Of a stretch of DNA of 64,000 nucleotides, positions 24,760 to 37,919 are shown in pieces. Position 1 is the stretch's first letter; each line of letters opens with the position of its first letter. Source of the stretch: Rhynchopus sp. YZ270_cl-10 (taxonomy: Eukaryota); the NCBI GenBank assembly GCA_964035575.1, contig OZ037838.1:1426001-1490000 (forward strand), given 5' to 3'. The notes under the pieces were generated by a model. The model ran no database searches. It was not told the origin of the DNA and was given only the letters and a program-made list of their open reading frames with translations. A program made the translations under genes and the position numbers.

Positions 24760-26428
24760 AATATACTATTGTTTTGTTTTGTTTGAAGTTGCATAAAAAC
24801 TGCACCATTATTCCCTTCCATCTTCATATTCATTTTTATATTTTTCCCACCGTTGTTTTATTATATTTCGGGATATTCTGTGTTTATCTTGGGGGTGAGG
24901 AAGTGTTCGACAATTTCCTACTTTGTCCGTTTTCGCGATTTTTTTTTGACAACTGCCTTTTTTTTCCCATCATGATGGATAGTTGATACACATGAAAAGG
25001 AGTTCCGTGCTCACAGAATTTAGGTGATTGAGCGTATCTAACAACCAAAACAAAGAAAGCATAATGCAGAAAACTAGCGTTTTTTTTTTCCTGATGTCAC
25101 ATACGATACTGTTTCACAGAACTCGATAGGCGATTGAGCGTATCTAACAACAACCAAAGAAAGCATAAGAAAAATAAGAAATGCAAAAATAGGCGAGAAA
25201 ACAAAGAGGGTTTTTGACAACAAAAGGAACAATGAGGCCCATCCTTTTAGAATCAACAGAGTTGTGTGCGTTAAAACCTTTTGTTTAAAATATTTTTTCC
25301 AACCGTTTTATTATAGTTCGGGATATTCTGTGGTGATTTGCACCAAAAAAAAAATGCACTTTTTAAAAATTTTATTTACCAACCAATGCCCTGCGTCCGC
25401 TGATGAAAATGGTGAGGCGTTGGGCACTTTCAATTTTTCTTTTTAAATGTCTTTGTATTCCATCCTACCCCCCCTCGGTCTCCCCCCCCCTCCCCGAAAA
25501 AAGAAAACAACAGAAGAGACAATGCTGGACACCTTAATATTTTCAAAATAATCTTATTTTACTGTCAATCATGTTCTTCGTCATTCCTTCGTGATGTGCC
25601 AGGTACTGTGTGTGCAGGAGGCATCATTCAAAGTGTTCTTCTTTTAGAAAGGTGTGACGCATGAGGTGGAAAACCGCTTCTTTTTTTGTGTATCGTGTAG
25701 ACACGTATTGTGCGACTGCCACTGATAAAAAAATCAAGTTGGTTTGTTCATAACTAATAGTGGAGCATCCTCGGGGGTGTTCTGCACTAAGTACACCTTT
25801 TTTTAACGTGCATGTTAACAAAAAGAAAACGAAAAAAACAAAGAAAACAAAGAAAACAAAGGCAAAAACAACGTTTTGCAAAATTTCGATTTCTTTCAAA
25901 AAGAAAAAAAAGCGTCCTTGTACAGGCGAGTGGCGACACCTCCCTTGCGAGCTATCTGAAGCAGAAGCAGAAGTCATACCCAGGCTCTGCGACTGGTCAG
26001 TAGTACCATTCTTGTCTTTTTTTCCCCTTCCTGTGTTCGCAATGATCCCCGTTCATCTGGCTGATGAAAGCGGGAGTAGCACATATCAGATGTAACCCAC
26101 GAAATGGATGCAGGATCTGCATTGGGTACAGCCTGGTCATTTGCACCGAGGTGCACTGTTCACGTCACAGTCAATAATACTTTCTTTTGACTCTCCCTTC
26201 TCTCTCCCGGGTCATCTTTACCTCACAGGGCAGGAAACCGTTAACTACAACCGTCTTCACGCGTGAAATTGGAAACTAGTGAAATCTGTGAAAAATAAAA
26301 AAGCCACTCTGAGGTACGACCTGTGTTCTATGACTTCCGTAGTACAGGCTTCAGCCTACATTGAGTACAGAGTATACATACCAGTAGATGTGAAGTGATT
26401 GTCGATACAACAACACGCAAAAAAATCT

Positions 26429-26462
<34 letters not shown>

Positions 26463-29310
26463 CAAATTACCCAGAGTCTACAGTGGATGATGAAGGAGGG
26501 GCACAAATTTTCCCAGTAGAGCTTGGTTTAGTGCTGTTTCTGTTTCTTTTCTTTTTTCTTTTTTCCTTTTTTTTTATCTCTCCAAAACTGGAGAGCTCAC
26601 CACATTCCCCCTCGCATTCCCGTTTTTACTTTTTTCCTGATAATTTGTGCTGTGCTATTATGGTTGTCATTTTCTTGCTATACTCCAAAAAGGAGAAATT
26701 CTTTTTTGACTCACCCCCTAAGTCCCCCCCCTTCCCTGCAAAAAAAAAATTTGCAACTCTCATTTATTAAAAAACTGACTTTATGTTGTCTATAAACCAA
26801 AAAATTCTGATATTTTGTGCTGCCGACTATTTATGTCATTTTTTTTCTCTCTCCCCCTCCAGTGCCCTGCGTCCGCTGATGAACGGTGAGGCGCCTTGGC
26901 ACTTTTCAACCTCTCTTTCTTTGGGGTCCCAACACACGATATAACTTTCCCTCCCTTTTTCTCGAAGAGAGCGTGAGTGGTGTTTTTTTTTTGGCTTTGA
27001 AGAGGTCTCCTCTTCACTGCCAGGTACGTCAGTGGGAGCGTATTGCAGTAATAAAAATATCACCACAGAATATTTATTACACTCTTTACGCACAAACAAA
27101 TGGATACTGCTCACTTTTTTTTATCTTTGATTTTCTCTCTCTTTTATTTGAACCTTAAAGTGACGGCATGAGGCTCGGCATCACTTTAGAACTTTTTTTT
27201 TTTTCAGAAAAAAATATCTGAACAGTACCCCCCTCCTCTAGTCCCACACAAAAAAAAAAACAAAAAGAAACAAAAATTTTGGGGTGATTTGGGGTCTTTT
27301 TTTAGGAAAATTTTAACATAAGCACTCCCAAATTTGAAGCATTTACTTCTCTTTTTTACTTTTTGCTAAACATGTCAAAAAAAAAAAGCAAGGGTACATT
27401 TTTTGCACCCTCTTTGCTTTCTTTTCGTTTCGTTTAAGAAAAGAATGTATATGAATTACCATAAGCATCCCCAAATCACCCCACAAAAAAAGAAAAAAAA
27501 ATAAAAGCTTCAAAAACATAAAACACACACCCCCCATTCGCTTCCCTTCAAAACCCCGATCATTTTCTTATTTTTCTCATTCAAAGAGTTGCCTGCTGCA
27601 CTCCCCCTTTTGTATCCATCACTGAAACAAATAAATCCGCGTCATACGTGCGGCCGTGCGCAGTACTTTCATATTTTTTTATTTTTTTTCATTTTGAGTC
27701 GTAGTGTACCAGTTAGCCCTCAATTCATATCAATGACCACCCCGAAACAAAACAAAACTACCCCCCTATGGACAGTGCAGATTGCTGATGGCAACTTCAC
27801 TCCAATCCTGATCAAAAAAAGTGAGGTTGCAAAAAAAAAAAAAAGGTGCAAAGAAAATTCACTTTTTTTTTGGCAGATCGATAAAATAACTGTTTTCATC
27901 AAAAGAGAATAAAAAAGAAAGAAGCATAACGATCACAAAAGCGTAGTCAGCCCAAAAAAAATAACCCCCTTTCTTTTTGCAATATCACAGGCTCTCAATG
28001 TTCCTTTGGAAATGCCCAAGCCGGTTTTTTTAAAATAACCCCCCGAGGTGAACCCCCCCAATACAAAACAAACAGAGTAGCAAAAACAAAAGCAAAAGCA
28101 TAGTGGAGCACACTCTAGGGTGGCTATACCAATAAAACTAAGTTTTCAAAAACAAAAAACAAAAACAAACTTACAAAGCCCCCCCTTACATTACTCTTGA
28201 AGGTGACGTTAACCCCCTAGCTCTCCGTTCAGCAATTTAAATAATGTGAAAGAGAAGGAAATTTTTGGACAAAAAAAAATGTTATGTGAAGGGAAAGTGG
28301 AGCTTTTGTACAGTATTACAACTACACTATTCCAACAATTTTAAAAAGAAGAAAATAAAACTGTCTTGCCTGGCAGCTCATCAAAATAAAAAGAGAAGGA
28401 AAATGGATCCTCCTCGTTGATAGAGAAAGAATAAAGAAAGGTGTGCCATAAAGGCAAATCAATCGAAGCATGGTTACAAAAGAAAAAAAAAATGCTCCAG
28501 AAACCCTCATTGCAATTGTAGACGTAAATCATCATCATTGGTGCTCCTGAAATAAAAAACACCAAGTACGCAACAACTACGCACTAAGTACGCAACAAGT
28601 ACGCAAAATGGGGTTTTCAGGAGCACCAATCATAAGCAAAAAAAAAAAAAACACCGAAGGGGAAAAAAATATGTGCTGTTCTTGTCTAGACATAGAACAG
28701 CACCGTTCCTCTTTGTTTTTATTCTTTTTCTTTATTTTTTTGTGGAGGGAGGGGGTCAAAGAATGTGTACTCACACAACGTTCGTCTCTTGATTTTTTTT
28801 TCTCTCTTTTTATTCCTGCACAAAAAAAAACCAAAAATTATTTTTTCCCACTTTTTTTTGTGCCAGCTCAACCACCCACCCGCTGCGCGCTATTTCCCGT
28901 ACTCAAGAAATATCCAAAAAAAAATATTGTGTTCCTGACAATCAAACGCAATATTGGGGGAATATATAACCTATATGGTTGTCCACACTTTACTTGATAC
29001 TCAAGAATACTTTTTTTTTCGCGCCCCCTGAGGGCCCCTCGTTTCTCGAACAGAAAGGGACCCCAAACCCCCCACTCTTGACACAAAGAATAAAACCCAT
29101 TTCCCCCATTTCAAAATGTGTCTAATCCCACCGACAGAAATTTGTTTCTTTTTTTCCCTTTCTCTTTCTTTCTTCTCTCCATACGTTTTCATGTCACTGT
29201 TCTTTAATATATTTTTAAAAAAAACCATCGTACAGTGGTTAAAGAAAGTTTACGCCGAAACTAATGGCGGGGGGACCCCCCTAGGGGCCCCCCCTCGGGC
29301 CAGCGTATGT

Positions 29311-29400
29311 CGACAGCAATATAGGGTAGTACGAGAGGAACTCCCATTTCTAGCTTCGATTTGAGCCCCTGAACCCACTAAGGTGGAGTACTTTTGCTGC
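29311..29400 (+). pseudogene. Isolated LSU rRNA domain VI (sarcin-ricin loop) fragment
   Basis: Exact AGTACGAGAGGAAC at 29328-29341 within ATAGGGT...CTCCCAT; CAGCAA (29314) and TTGCTG (29394) could close the enclosing helix; no full rDNA context. Confidence 0.6.
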
Positions 29401-29857
29401 AGGGAAGGAAGATACGTTTTTTTTTTTCCAACGATAGTGGTAAGGATGTGTGTGCACGAGAGAGTCAACATTCACCTTTTTCCAAGTTTTTCTTTCCTCT
29501 TTTTTTTTCTTTTTTTTATTCACACAGTTCACCATCATGAAGCGGGAAGAGGACCTCGATTAAGGGGCTTCGATATAGTCTCCTGCGACTGACGTCTGCA
29601 GAGGCGTTGGTACATCTTCAATTGCATCCTTTGTTTTTGTTGTTCGTAAGGTGACTAAGCGCAGAGAGGCTTAGGTTCGTCTGATCCAAACTTTTTTCAT
29701 TTTTTTTTTTTTGAGAAGACAAATATTGGACAAAAAAAAACACTCCATATTTTTCTCTTTTTAAAGATTTTATCTTTACATCATTTTTCTTCCCAGAACT
29801 TTATACCAAAGGATGTTTTTTTTCTTCAGAAGAGAAAAAAAACACGACTCTCCATAT

Positions 29858-31247
29858 GGGTCCGTTTATAAACCCCCCCCCCTCACTCGTTCCAGACCAC
29901 TTTTTTTGAGTTCTACACAATTTGAGCCCCGACAGGTGCCCAGAACCCCCCTGGAATCGGTTTTGAGCGACTTTTGGCGGTGTTTTGGGGTAAAAAGACG
30001 CTTTTTTTGCTATTTTCAGGCTATTTTTGGCCATTTTCAGGCTATTTTGGCCTGTTTTGGCCTGTTTTCACTGTATGGCCGGGGTTTCGGGTTTTATGAG
30101 GTTTGAGCACCAACAGGTGTCACGAAACACCCCAGTACCGGTTTTGTGGGTCTCCTGTGGGGTTTTTGGGGTGAAATATACCTTTTGCTTGATGTTCTGG
30201 GCGATATTGGGGTGTTTTTTGGCCATGTAGGCCTGGTATGTGCCACTACAGTGCATGGGCCAAATTGGGTGTTTTGAGGGGTAGAGGGTCGTGGTGGTGG
30301 GTTCCTAACTCGCTGGCGGCGACGCTTATTGCTCACTGTTCTGGCCCCATTTCCCCCATTTCCCCCCTCCCTGACCCTTTTCTGATGAAGATCTTTGAAA
30401 TGCCGGGTCCTGTCGCAAATGTTCTTTGTGAACGTTCTTCATAGAATAGGGGAGTGTGAGGGGGGTCAAAATAGCCCTTTTTGACCAAAAAACACCAAGA
30501 AAAACACCAAGAAAAGTGCCACATGTGTCCAAAACAGATCGGAATGGGCTCACAGCCCCTTTTTGGGGTAGATTTGGGCCACAGGAAGCCTCCCGGCGTC
30601 AAAAAAATCGTGTTTTTTTGGTCAAAAAGGGCTATTTTGACCCCCCTCACACTCCCCTATTCTATGAAGAACGTTCACAAAGAACATTTGCGACAGGACC
30701 CGGCATTTCAAAGATCTTCATCAGAAAAGGGTCAGGGAGGGGGGAAATGGGGGAAATGGGGCCAGAACAGTGAGCAATAAGCGTCGCCGCCAGCGAGTTA
30801 GGAACCCACCACCACGACCCTCTACCCCTCAAAACACCCAATTTGGCCCATGCACTGTAGTGGCACATACCAGGCCTACATGGCCAAAAAACACCCCAAT
30901 ATCGCCCAGAACATCAAGCAAAAGGTATATTTCACCCCAAAAACCCCACAGGAGACCCACAAAACCGGTACTGGGGTGTTTCGTGACACCTGTTGGTGCT
31001 CAAACCTCATAAAACCCGAAACCCCGGCCATACAGTGAAAACAGGCCAAAACAGGCCAAAATAGCCTGAAAATGGCCAAAAATAGCCTGAAAATAGCAAA
31101 AAAAGCGTCTTTTTACCCCAAAACACCGCCAAAAGTCGCTCAAAACCGATTCCAGGGGGGTTCTGGGCACCTGTCGGGGCTCAAATTGTGTAGAACTCAA
31201 AAAAAGTGGTCTGGAACGAGTGAGGGGGGGGGTTTATAAACGGACCC
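29858..31247. mobile_element. 1.39-kb palindromic element with ~638-bp TIRs and ATAT TSD
   Basis: 29858-30495 is the reverse complement of 30610-31247 (mirror ORFs); termini GGGTCCG / CGGACCC; ATAT at 29854-57 and 31248-51. Confidence 0.93.
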
Positions 31248-31299
31248 ATATAAAACACACAGTCTTTCAGAAATATCAGGCAAAAAACAGAGTGGGATC

Positions 31300-32666
31300 C
31301 AGACCTGACGCTAAACAGTTACGAAAATCGCACTTTTTGGGCTTGGAATTCGGGTTTTTTTACGGGTTTTTTTACACGGGAAAAAGGTACATTTTTCGAC
31401 CCTGGTCCATGTCTGGTGGTGAAAATCATAATTTTTTTTGCCCACATGATACGTTTCGAACACACTTATCGCTAAATATGCCGTTTTCCCCGAAAATTTT
31501 GAGAACCCCACGTCCAATTTCTTTCGTTTTTGGTGCTCCGGGAGGGGTCGATATTGACAGGTCGCTGACACAGGGACTCTGTACACACACCCCCTGATAT
31601 TGACAGGTCGTTGACCGACTTCCGAAAGCACCAGTTTTGGAAAAAAAAAAAATTCGCGCTGCGCGCGAAAAAGGTCCTCAGAAGCTCAATTCCGAAAGCA
31701 AATACGGGGAGCGAAGTCTTCCAACTCCTCCGCCATCAGCAGGAACACCTCCGTTTTCTCTTGAACCTGTTACGCTTGTGCTGAGAAACAAGGCAACAGC
31801 GTGTTCAAGAATATTCCCCATCTTTTCGTTGTTAAACTCGGTGCCTGTTCATGAAGAACCATCAGCTTCTCAATAGTGCTGTGAGAAAGGCAGTGACGTC
31901 TCTTTGCGTAGATGTAGTCAGGAGAGAGAATCCTTGTTCAACAGCAACCAAAGACGGGGAGTGCACGACCGGTGCAGCCTCCAAAACCCGTGCGAGAGTG
32001 TCCCCATTTTCCAAGAAAACTTCGAGAAAACCGCGTTCTGGCGAAGCCACGGTACGCCACATTTCAAAATTGCGCTTAAAATTGCACTTTTTTCACAGCC
32101 AAACTATGGCATAAGAAGGGTGTAATGCAAGCTTGCGCCGCAGGCGCACGGTACGCTACTTTTTTCTTTGGCCATATCCTTCTTTCTCACTCCTTTGGGT
32201 TCGACGTGCTCCGTCCGTCAACTGGTGGGGTCACAACATGCAGCAAAGTTTGCAACTAAGCAAACTGCCCCCACGTTCACTTTGTACTTTTCCTTCAGAA
32301 GACAAGTACCATCGGGAACATACGGAACTAAATTTTTTTTGCGAAGCAAAAAAAAATAATATAAAATGGCGCCGCAGGCGAAAAAAATTAGGGTACGGTG
32401 TAAAAATATAGCCATTTACACTACACCACAGAGCAGTCACTCAACGAACCCTTTTTGCGGAGCAAAAAATGAAAAATGGCGCCGCAGGCAAAAAAAAAAT
32501 AATTGAAGGTACAGCCTCCCGGGTCAACCCTACAGAATTTTCCCGTAAAAAAAGACTCCTCAAAATTTCCCGGAAAAAAAACGACTTCCCCACGTAAAAT
32601 TTCCCGTAAAAAAAACGACCTCTCAAGGATTTTGGAATTCCACTACGCGGTTTAGCAACATCCCTG
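31300..32666. mobile_element. Non-autonomous hAT-like element with an 8-bp TSD
   Basis: GTGGGATC directly repeated at 31292-99 and 32667-74. Imperfect TIRs CAGACCTGACGCTAAAC and (reverse complement) CAGGGATGTTGCTAAAC; subterminal GCGCCGCAGGC and AATTTCCCG repeats. Confidence 0.8.
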
Positions 32667-33979
32667 GTGGGATCTGACGATTTTTTTTTTTTTTGCTTTT
32701 AGTGAACATTTTTTTCCCCTTCTTTTCAGCTAACTGAGCACTGAGGCTTTAGGCTTGCTGGTTTTCTCTCTCATTTTGTTTTCTTTCCCCCCCGCCAGCC
32801 CCCCTCCCCTCCCCTCCTTCTCAAACTGCAAAACCCTGATTATGCGGGTCTCGAACCGCTATAAAAAAAAGTACCGATCACCTGACTCCCCCTGTTGGTC
32901 TTATCACGTGCACGAGAGGCACATTTCATTGGTTTGGTTTCTTCTTTCATTTTTTCCCTCTTTTTTTGCGGAAATATGTCAAATCCTAACTGCGTTTCTA
33001 TTCCTCCTGTTCCTCTTTGTCTTGCTGCCCCCTCTCTCTCAATCAAAAAAGCTAAAAAAAAAAACACAAAATAGCAAAAACAAAGAGTACAAAACATAAA
33101 CAAAAAAAATCTACAACCCTCTCAACAAGAACAATACATCCCAACACCCCCTACTAAAAAGAATAAGAAAATAAAAAATACCAAAAAAAAAATACTTCAT
33201 AAAAACTCCTTTTAACTACCCTCCCCTCTCCTTTTTTCTTAATGATGCCTGTATCATGCTGCAAAAAAGAAACAACTCCAAATTGTCTGAATGTCAATCT
33301 ATTCAATGGTTGATACTGTATGTGAGTATTTTTTTTTTTTGGGGGGGAAGATGTTGTTGGGCAGTATTAGTGTTCAATGCATGGTACCCCTATGTGACCG
33401 CATGTTTACTGTGTTTCTGGTTTCTAGAGTTCAACACAGATGGATCACTCTCTTGTGTAAGATTCTTTATCTGTTACTCCTACTCCTACTATTTGCTCTA
33501 AAGAGCAAACATGTAAACAAAACAAAACAAAAAATAACAAAACAAGAGCACAAAATCAAACATACAACAAAAACTTCATAAAAACCCATTCAAACCCCTT
33601 CTATTTGATCTCTTTGGAAGATCCTCTGAAGAAAAAATAGTGGCCGCCATCTTGTGGTCCATAATCAAACAAAATATATTATATTTTCTACGGTAAATTC
33701 TACCATGCGAGTCAAAAAAAAAATGTAACAATTTTTTTTTTGCAGTAGCCTTTTTTGAGAGGCAACCTTATTGTCGTTTACTTTTCTTTTGGTTTTTTTG
33801 TCCTATTTTTAGTTTTCTTGATAATACCTTTCAAGGTTTTCGAGGACCCCAAAGAAGCAGTGTGCCGCACGACACCGGTCTGTACGGTGAGATTGTGTTT
33901 GGCCATATTAATGTTTTCATTGTGGAGATGTGAAGGGAAACGATTCAATGTGTGTGTGTTTTTTTTTTTGTAGGTTTTT

Positions 33980-34066
33980 CCACCTGATTTTTACCCCGCG
34001 TATAGGCGCGTATAGCGGTCATATACGGCCTTATACGCGCCTGTATGCGGGGTAAAAATCAGGTGG
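33980..34066. mobile_element. Tiny palindromic MITE (CCACCTGATTTTTACC termini)
   Basis: Self-complementary; second copy at 35546-35639. Confidence 0.8.
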
Positions 34067-34536
34067 GTTTCTGTTCTTTTGAGAAAAAATAAAATTTAAA
34101 AAATATCTAGACAAATCTAGTGAAGATGTGTGCGCTTTACTCCGGAAATTTATCTTTCAAGTTATTATTTTCTTTTACAAAAGATCTGTGTCTCGAGATG
34201 AATCTTCCTAATTTTTTCCTTAGTTGTATTAGTGTTGAACCATCGTGGCTCAACTTCCTAAAGACGTCTGTTCACATGACATTCATCTTACAAAAAAATT
34301 TTCTTTGTATTGTGTGTATCTTTTTCCTTTGAGAATCAAGGTGACTAATCACGGCTTAGGTTCACCTTTTGTCCTTTTTTCTTTTCTGTCAAAAAATGTA
34401 TTCCTTCTTTTTGCGAATGGGTAGCTTCTACATGCTCCCCTTTTTTTCCATGGTTCATTTTTTGAAGATGTGTGGTCCACAAGGTTTATTCCATCTTCAA
34501 AAAATTTAAAAACAAAATAATACCCCTCCCTTTATT

Positions 34537-34681
34537 CATGGATACGTGCCAGATCTGGCCAGATATGGAGGCCAATATCCCAGATCTGGCTCATTTTCCA
34601 GATGTTAAATCTGGTTTCTAGATCTGACCAGATCTTGCCAGATCTGGGGATCTGGGTATCCCAGATCTGGCAGTATCCGTG
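34537..34681. mobile_element. MITE-like element built from CCAGATCTGG palindromes
   Basis: CATGGATACGTGCCAGATCTGG is inverted with CCAGATCTGGCAGTATCCGTG; several internal CAGATCTG variants. Confidence 0.7.
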
Positions 34682-35545
34682 TTTTATACCTTAAACAAAA
34701 GATTTTGTCAAGGGTTTTCATGCATGGGATGCTTCAGCGATATTCTGTGAATGCTCGCTACAGCATAGAAAATTCAAAATAACAAAAAAAACGCGTTTTT
34801 TTTTGTGGTAAACATGGCGTACATAACTTTTCATGTTCCTTTAAAAAACGCAAGTGGTCTCCTATTTACCAGATATCAGATTCTCAAATGGTGCTTTCGG
34901 AAGTCGGTCAACGACCTGTCAGCGACCTGTCAATGTCGACCCCTCCGAGAGCACCATCAAATCTATTTTTTTTTTTGCTCTTTTTTTGATTGTTCCTCTG
35001 AATCCTTTAGCTGCAAATACCCACCTGGCAGGCTGCCTGAGTTAGAATAGCTCGTTGAAAACGTTTTTTCTCTTCTTTTTTTTGCCAAATATTTGCATAA
35101 AGTCATTTATTATTTGACCACAAAAGAAATGGAGACGTGTTTTGGTGGCTGCTATATTCAACACAAAGTTATGACAAAAATCCCCCCCCCCCCCCCTTTT
35201 TTTTTGTAAAAACAACAATGCGAAGCATCCCAGGACAAATAAGCTGATGGGTGACGATTCATGTGCGAGTAACCCGCAGTTATATTTTCCTTTTGTAAAA
35301 AGTAATACCAGAATTTCCTTTTAAAAAAGTCTCATCTGTCACACTGTTGAGGCTGTCTGTGCGTTTCTGGCCCAATTGGGCGTTCTTTCTCTTCCCCCCC
35401 CTCTTGCCAAAAAAATAGTAGTGGAGCACAGTCTAGGGTGACCACTAATACAACCAAGTTTTCAAAAAAAAAAAAAAAAGCAAAACCATAACAAGAGACG
35501 ATGCTAGTGGACAAACGCCATATTGTCTTCTCCAAAGAGTTTATT

Positions 35546-35639
35546 CCACCTGATTTTTACCGTATAGGCGCGTATAGGACCGTCCGTGCACGCCTTTACG
35601 CGCTTTTACGCGCCTATACGCGGGGTAAAAATCAGGCGG
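35546..35639. mobile_element. Second copy of the CCACCTGATTTTTACC MITE
   Basis: TIRs as at 33980; TTATT on both flanks (possible 5-bp TSD). Confidence 0.8.
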
Positions 35640-37919
35640 TTATTATGCCTTCTATTCTGTAGAATAGTTGGTATATGAAACAATTCTCCGAAGAGTTTAT
35701 TTTAGTCATCTACCCGCCTTTTTCCGTTCTTTTTTCAGGTGTTCAAATAATCGTTTTTTTAAACCCCCACTTCTACGTCAGACTAGAGCGCCCTTCTGCC
35801 TCTTCGGGGATGAGGTGTACTGTCTGCGTATCCAAACCCCCTTTCAGGTAAGTTGAGTTTAAAACAAAAAATATTTTTTTTTTGGCAACTGGGTAGTTTT
35901 TGTCGATAAACAACCAACAAAACAAAACACCCTTTTACAACTCAACTCAGCTCACCCCTCCCTTCTTTCCAAGATTTTTTTTCAAAAATAAGGATTTCGA
36001 AACTATGCATAGGGAGACGCCTCGCCTCAAATATGTAGCCATTTATTTCGGTACAAATTCCTTCTCTGTTGAGGGGTGATTTTTTTTGTCGATAAAAAAA
36101 AAGTGGATATTTGTCTCCGTTGCGACACAAAACTGTTGCAATTAACAATTTGTCAAAAGAAACAAACCCCCCTCGCCCCTTTTCTCTCTCCTCCCGCCAC
36201 ACCCATAACTAACAAAATCGCGAATTGTTTCTTCCCCTCTGTTTTTTCATTACATCAGATGTAAACCACGCACGGTATTGTAGGCCTGCAATGGTTGGGG
36301 TCCACCCCCCGGTACAGCCGGTCATTGTACCAAGGTACACTGTTCACGAGCGGGCTGTATTTCATGTCAGGTTTTATTTCCTCTCTTTTTCCTCCAAAGA
36401 AGCGGGGGATTGTGGTGTGGGATACTGCGACTTCGCAGACAAATCGATGTGAGCGAAAAATATGTTTTTTTTCGAAACCCACCCACAACTCCGTACGAGA
36501 AAGGTTAAAAAAAAGCAAAACAAAATGCTAACAATTTCAAAATCTATTTTTCTCCCCAACCATCCGCAAAAATATCATTCAAAATGTGCATTTTTTTTTT
36601 CCGTACACTTTCTTACTTTCTCTTCTTTGAATTGAAAGTATGTCTGCTTTTCCAGCCTCTTTTGAAAAGATTTGTGTTACACGAGAGACACATTAATATT
36701 TTCATGTTTTTTTTCCCCTCTTATTTGAACGTACGGTGCGTCCGTTTGCCTTTTCTTTTTTTTTTTTGCTGCTTTCGAAAGTTTTTTTTTTCTCCAAATC
36801 AAGAAAGGGGTGTTGTGTTGTGCCCTGTCCATGTCTTCTGTACTCCTTGAAGTACAAATCCCTACCTTCGCCTCTGCACTGTGGGGCGTGACAACGTGCA
36901 CACACAAATACAACCACACCTTTTTCCTTTTTCCTTTTGCTGCAGATTGCCTAGTCACGTTACCCCTCTTTTTTTCTTTCTCTTATTACACCTTCTGTTG
37001 ACCGCAGGGTACTTCTTGGTGCTTTCATACGGAAGGCTGGCATCGTATGAGGGTCGGAGGTGCCATGCATCAATCGCTATTCCCTTTTTTTAGCACTCGA
37101 GTGAACTGAAGTGTTGTTTGGAACACAGCTAGGCCTTTTCAGGTGCCTACTATGTCGAGAATGGAAGTGTAAAATATAAAGAGGTAATAACGTAAGATCA
37201 GTGAAGGGGCTGATGACCTGCGTCGCTCGAGCATCCTTTTATTGCGGATGGCCCGCCACAAAATACAAAACAACCATTTTTTTCTCTCTTTTCTTTCTCT
37301 TTCCCACCTTCTGTTTCCCTCCCTACATATTATCCTGTGATTTTGTATTTTACCTTATCTTTTTTTTCTCTTTTTGGTACGTATTTTTTTAAAATATTTC
37401 GTGTTTTCCCATTCCGCACAACTCCCCTGAGAGGAAAAAGAAAAACTAATTTTTTTAAAACAAAGTTTTTGTTCTCTTGCACCCAGCCCCTCCATGCTGC
37501 CCTATCACCTCAGTCCAGCTCATGACACAAAATAATCCACAAGACATCCTGCAATACCAAACAGCGCCTCTTCTTCTAAGTGTCTGTTTGTCACGCTTAG
37601 GCGTCTTTCCTGGTTGCCGGACGGTATTAGGAAGCAAACAGTACTTCGCAACACTACTTATTGAGGTGGTGCTTAAGCTGGTCTTGTGTCGTGATTTTTC
37701 TTTGTCTCCCTTCAGTCCGTCAAGACATCATCCTACGCCAATCACAGCTGCTCAACCAGCAGCAACTCCTGAACCACATGCTTTTCGAAACCGCGCGTAA
37801 GGGGAGCGTGCAACAGACGAATGGGGTGTTTGTTGTCTATGTCCCACATCCTTCCTAGTACCCCAACAAGCGCCACATCACAGTGTGTTAAAAAAAAAAC
37901 GTGAAAGAGTGATAAAACA

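Noticed and set aside
25386..25430. Hammerhead ribozyme (CTGATGA)
   Set aside because: No stem II followed by GAAA and no three-way junction could be built.
20800..37400. Hidden multi-exon gene in the AT-rich desert
   Set aside because: Could not chain credible exons by eye, and the short ORFs are F/K-rich homopolymer products. Not excluded without RNA-seq.
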